A stretch of DNA of 64,000 bases from Balanoglossus misakiensis. Taxonomy: Eukaryota; Animalia; Hemichordata. A program made the translations under genes and the position numbers. The notes beneath the pieces are model-generated. The model was not told where the DNA came from. It ran no database searches and was given only the letters and a program-made list of their open reading frames with translations. The stretch spans positions 8,581,846 through 8,645,845 of the forward strand of contig CM082577.2 in assembly GCA_040954595.2 (NCBI GenBank), in the 5' to 3' direction. This document shows positions 60,701 through 64,000 of this stretch, piece by piece (positions within the stretch are counted from its first letter, which is position 1; the number at the start of each line of letters is the position of its first letter).

Positions 60701-63700
60701 TGTGAACCTAAGCACCTCATGTATGTACATCCATTTGCTTTAGCTTTGGTTATCCATGAAAATTAATTTGGAGGTTGCTTCATACCAAAGGCCCCTCATC
60801 AATGATTGACCCAGATAGTAGTATAACTACACGTAGCTATTTATTTTCTCCAATGATTTATTTTTCAATCAGGTCGTTGCATTCTGTGATGTTGACATTA
60901 AGAAGATCACCAAGGGTGTGTACATATATGAAGAATCGAAAGTGAGTTAACTGAAGTTTTACGTATAGTCTTAAAGAATGCCTGTCTTTAATATATCAAT
61001 CAGAATGCATTGCATTTATTAAACTCGGCTTCTTTGCCTTGCACTGAAAATGTCATTGTCTGTGTGCAATTTAAATTTTTTCAAATCTGGTCTTATTTTT
61101 TTTTTTGCCAGGAGAAACCTAAACCTCAGGTTCCAATTGTTCACTTCTCCAATGCCAAGCCACCATTCATCATTTGTGTCAAATTGGTAAGTTGATCCCT
61201 TTTTTACAAGTCTAGCGCCCTTATGCAGCTATCGTGAATTTGATCTCAAAGCGAGGCCAATTGGGAAAAGGTGGCCAATCACATCAAGGGTGCTTCCCCA
61301 TTGACTTTGCTTTGAGTTCAGATTCATGATGACTGTGTGAGGGCGCTAGACTCAAAAAGGAAGAAGTGTCATGATTAGGCTGTGTCGAAGCACAACATTA
61401 CCTTGCAATAGAATATTCATATAAAGACCTGATGTGAAATCTGTCTTTACTATTCACTTTCACTTACCGGGTATTTGCAGCGTGATGGCGCTCCTTTTAA
61501 AGCCCTCTTGTTCATAAGCAGAAGTGACGTAGCAGCCTTGTGCTCAAACTGGTCTGCTAGTAGGTCACAGTATGACTTAACATTCTGTAACTTGACATGC
61601 AGACTTCCAGAAACAAGGAATGTAGCATGTCAGAAGATTTGTCTTACAGCAGTAAGACTGATTCTGCCATCATATATACAAATATAAGAAGCTGTCACTT
61701 TTCAAGAAAATGGCTGTTTTATTTACATAAAAAAAGTAAAATTATGCTGTCACTTTATACAAGTGAACTGTCCTTTTTGTTCAAGACAAAAGTCAATAGG
61801 CCACTTTTCTGACCCGTATAATAACCTTACATCCTTGTCTTTCCAGTGGTATGGGGTTGTCAAAATTCAACATTTTGATACAAGAAATTTCATGTAAAAC
61901 ATAGCTTGGAAAAGAGTAATTATAGATTTTGTAGGTTTTTTATCAACATGGATTCACACCAACAGAATGATGTGAGGTCATGAATTGAGAGAAATGTGAT
62001 GCATATCAGAAGATTTGTCCACTGAGGCAAGAAAATTACCTGCTGACATTTAATCTATAGCTGACTGCGACTTCCACATGTGAATCAAGTGACCGTTCAG
62101 ACAATACAAAGAAATGAACACAGAAGACTCTGTTATCACCTTTGTACAGTCATCGACACCTGCATCACAGTCTGAACATTTGATTAGCTTGCACAACTCG
62201 TCTAGACAGTTTTCGAATACCGTGAATTTCTGTTCGCTTACAGAGCCGGTGTCGCTCTCTTCACTTGTTTCGCTGGGTGAGTAATGGAGGAAATTGGACT
62301 GATCCTCTGCCTCTGTCGACATTGAACTGTCCAATCCTGGTGTGTCGGGTCTGGAATTTATAACTTTCATTGGTTTGAAATGATAGTGTGATTGCATCAT
62401 TACTTGACCAGGCGAAAGCTTGTCAGATGCCACGTGAGAATTTGTCGTATATTTTGGCTTTTTGGCAGGTGGATTGTCGCTATCACCCGAATCGCGTTTG
62501 ACGGGTGTGGGAACTTGGGCAACAGATTGAATGAGGACTGGATAAATCTGGTCTTCAATGCTGCGAGGTTCGTTTCCGCCATTCGTGCTATCACGGATAA
62601 GAAGATCGACAGCACCTGAAGCTGCTTCCTGGTCTTCCAAACCACTGTTTTCAATTTCAGCAAAAGAATGCCAAGGCTGTAATATAGTACAAAAGACAAA
62701 AAATTACCATCTTCGCTAGCATCTGTGCCTCACCACCGTAAACTGCCCAGTCTGAACACCCCTAATATCGGATATTTCAAAATAAAAATACTGTCCTCAC
62801 GATAGAATAAGTTGTCGAAAAGGAAAACAAGAATAAAGTATCTGAATCATTACGTGCTCACCGTGACAACACCTTTTTGCACAGTTTGATCTGTGACAGT
62901 TTCATTCACTGGAGCCGACATGCCTGTCAGAAACAGTGTCGGTACAGCGCTGTCTTTTAGTCTCCTTCGTACAGAGCCCACCTTTCCAACCTGGACAGTA
63001 ATAGGAATAAGAAGACAATGTATAACTTTTTAACCTATATATAGAGTGAATGTACAGTGAAACCTGTCATTGCTATGAGACCCCTCTCTAATCAGTAGAG
63101 TAGAGAATATTACCTGTCTAGTACTAAGACATGTAGGAACACTAGCAGTGTTTTCATTGTGATTAGCAGTGCCCTTGTTTTGAACAAATAGTAAGATTGA
63201 ACTACCCGGTGGACCGTACGTACATGCAGTTTAACAACCTACCTTGAAACATTTATCTTCAAAATGTTTCGTACACAATCGGATATCAGTATATGTATCT
63301 TCTCTCCCGATATTTCGCAACCATAATCTCCTCCTCTCCCTATTTAGGGGAAACCGGTGAAGGCGCATGTTGGGTAGCCCATGCCTTGTGTTGCTTTTGC
63401 AACCAGGCACGTAACACTGACCCATGCCAAATATTTGAAAGATTTACAATACTCCGATCGGTAAAAAAAGCACGATGCTTGTGTTTGTATTAAACAGATG
63501 TCCGCCAACCAAACAACAACAGTATTGGTATGGTTATCCAGACTTCTTCATGGGTGCTTCCGCTGCGCTACATAGAGAAAATACCTTGCCACTCCAGAGG
63601 GCGCCTCTGAAAAGTCAAAGGTCATTGACGGCGCCCTCTGGAAACCAAAATGGCAGCTGTCAGGATTTCGGACAGCCGCTGATTGGCTGATCCGTCATTA

Positions 63701-63995
63701 TGAACTTTTATCATACAGTCCCTGTCCATGTCTTTAAAATACACTTAATACAAACATACAAAGTTTTGTCATGTTGGTAGCCTGGTCTCCATACCCAGTG
63801 TGCTTAAACATGGAGGTTCTTTGCCTCTCCATGGTTTTAAATATAGACTCACACACAGTGACCATGCTATCATGTTGGTGACAGACTGAAATATTTTTTT
63901 TCTATCTCTCGCAGGACCTGACTGATGGAAACTTTGAGGCAAACCTTGCATCGCTGAATCTGAAAGAAGGAATCGATTATTATCATTTCAACTGA
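57718..63995 (+). CDS. B3GNTL1: B3GNTL1 / queuosine-tRNA galactosyltransferase (GT2 family). Exons 57718-57741, 58059-58181, 58530-58629, 58820-58884, 59204-59269, 59564-59659, 59787-59882, 60154-60278, 60443-60578, 60873-60941, 61112-61186, 63915-63995
   Basis: Colinear with recalled human B3GNTL1: [87 protein letters not shown]...YYHFN*. Confidence 0.93.
61209..61352. mobile_element. Small hairpin-type MITE
   Basis: AGTCTAGCGCCCT...AGGGCGCTAGACT termini, ~55-bp imperfect inverted arms, flanked by CA on both sides. Confidence 0.8.
61425..63733 (-). mobile_element. Internally deleted THAP-domain DNA transposon (Kolobok-like) nested in the last B3GNTL1 intron; left boundary tentative
   Basis: Contains a THAP/transposase-like gene. 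The right end is ...CATGTCT|TTAA (TTAA at 63734-63737) and a weakly matching left end is ATAA|AGACCTG at 61425. Confidence 0.55.
61980..63425 (-). pseudogene. Spliced THAP-domain transposase-like gene, truncated. Exons 63425-63243, 62990-62862, 62676-62050; premature stop, then decayed sequence
   Basis: THAP signature CYVPGC...W...CTKHF plus AVPTLF across phase-0 introns, then CSDC...CLNGH..WKSQ. After the in-frame TAA the transposase-like sequence continues (MSAGNFLAS; SGQIF*...F in a shifted frame) and then disappears. Confidence 0.8.
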
Positions 63996-64000
63996 CAAAT

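Noticed and set aside
62708-62761. Possible extra 54-nt exon of the THAP gene ([18 protein letters not shown])
   Set aside because: The downstream intron would be only 31 nt. Direct 62862-62676 splicing already keeps the frame.

Overview
Eukaryotic, intron-rich, AT-rich genomic DNA from an invertebrate animal (probably a marine deuterostome; the taxon is my inference). I reconstructed eight spliced host genes by hand from splice signals and reading frames: DRC3/LRRC48 (-, runs off the left edge), TOM1/TOM1L2 (+), LSM11 (-), a CCDC166-like coiled-coil gene (+), an endonuclease IV/APN1-type AP endonuclease (-), an unusual GST-fold protein ending in -SKL (+), SMURF2-like (+) and B3GNTL1/QTGAL (+). 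There is also an intact single U2 snRNA gene (-) with an upstream octamer. All of these except SMURF sit in four compact head-to-head pairs. Two cilia-type genes each carry a U12 (minor spliceosome) intron, one AT-AC and one GT-AG. Mobile DNA includes a young 5'-truncated L2 LINE, a decayed intron-containing THAP (Kolobok-like) transposon nested in B3GNTL1, and several MITEs. I found no CRISPR or prokaryotic system and nothing I can confidently call a wholly new system. The best leads are the bacterial-like peroxisomal GST, the minor introns, the A30U U2 variant, a candidate structured intronic RNA, and the nested THAP gene. Protein identities come from recalled family motifs, not database searches.
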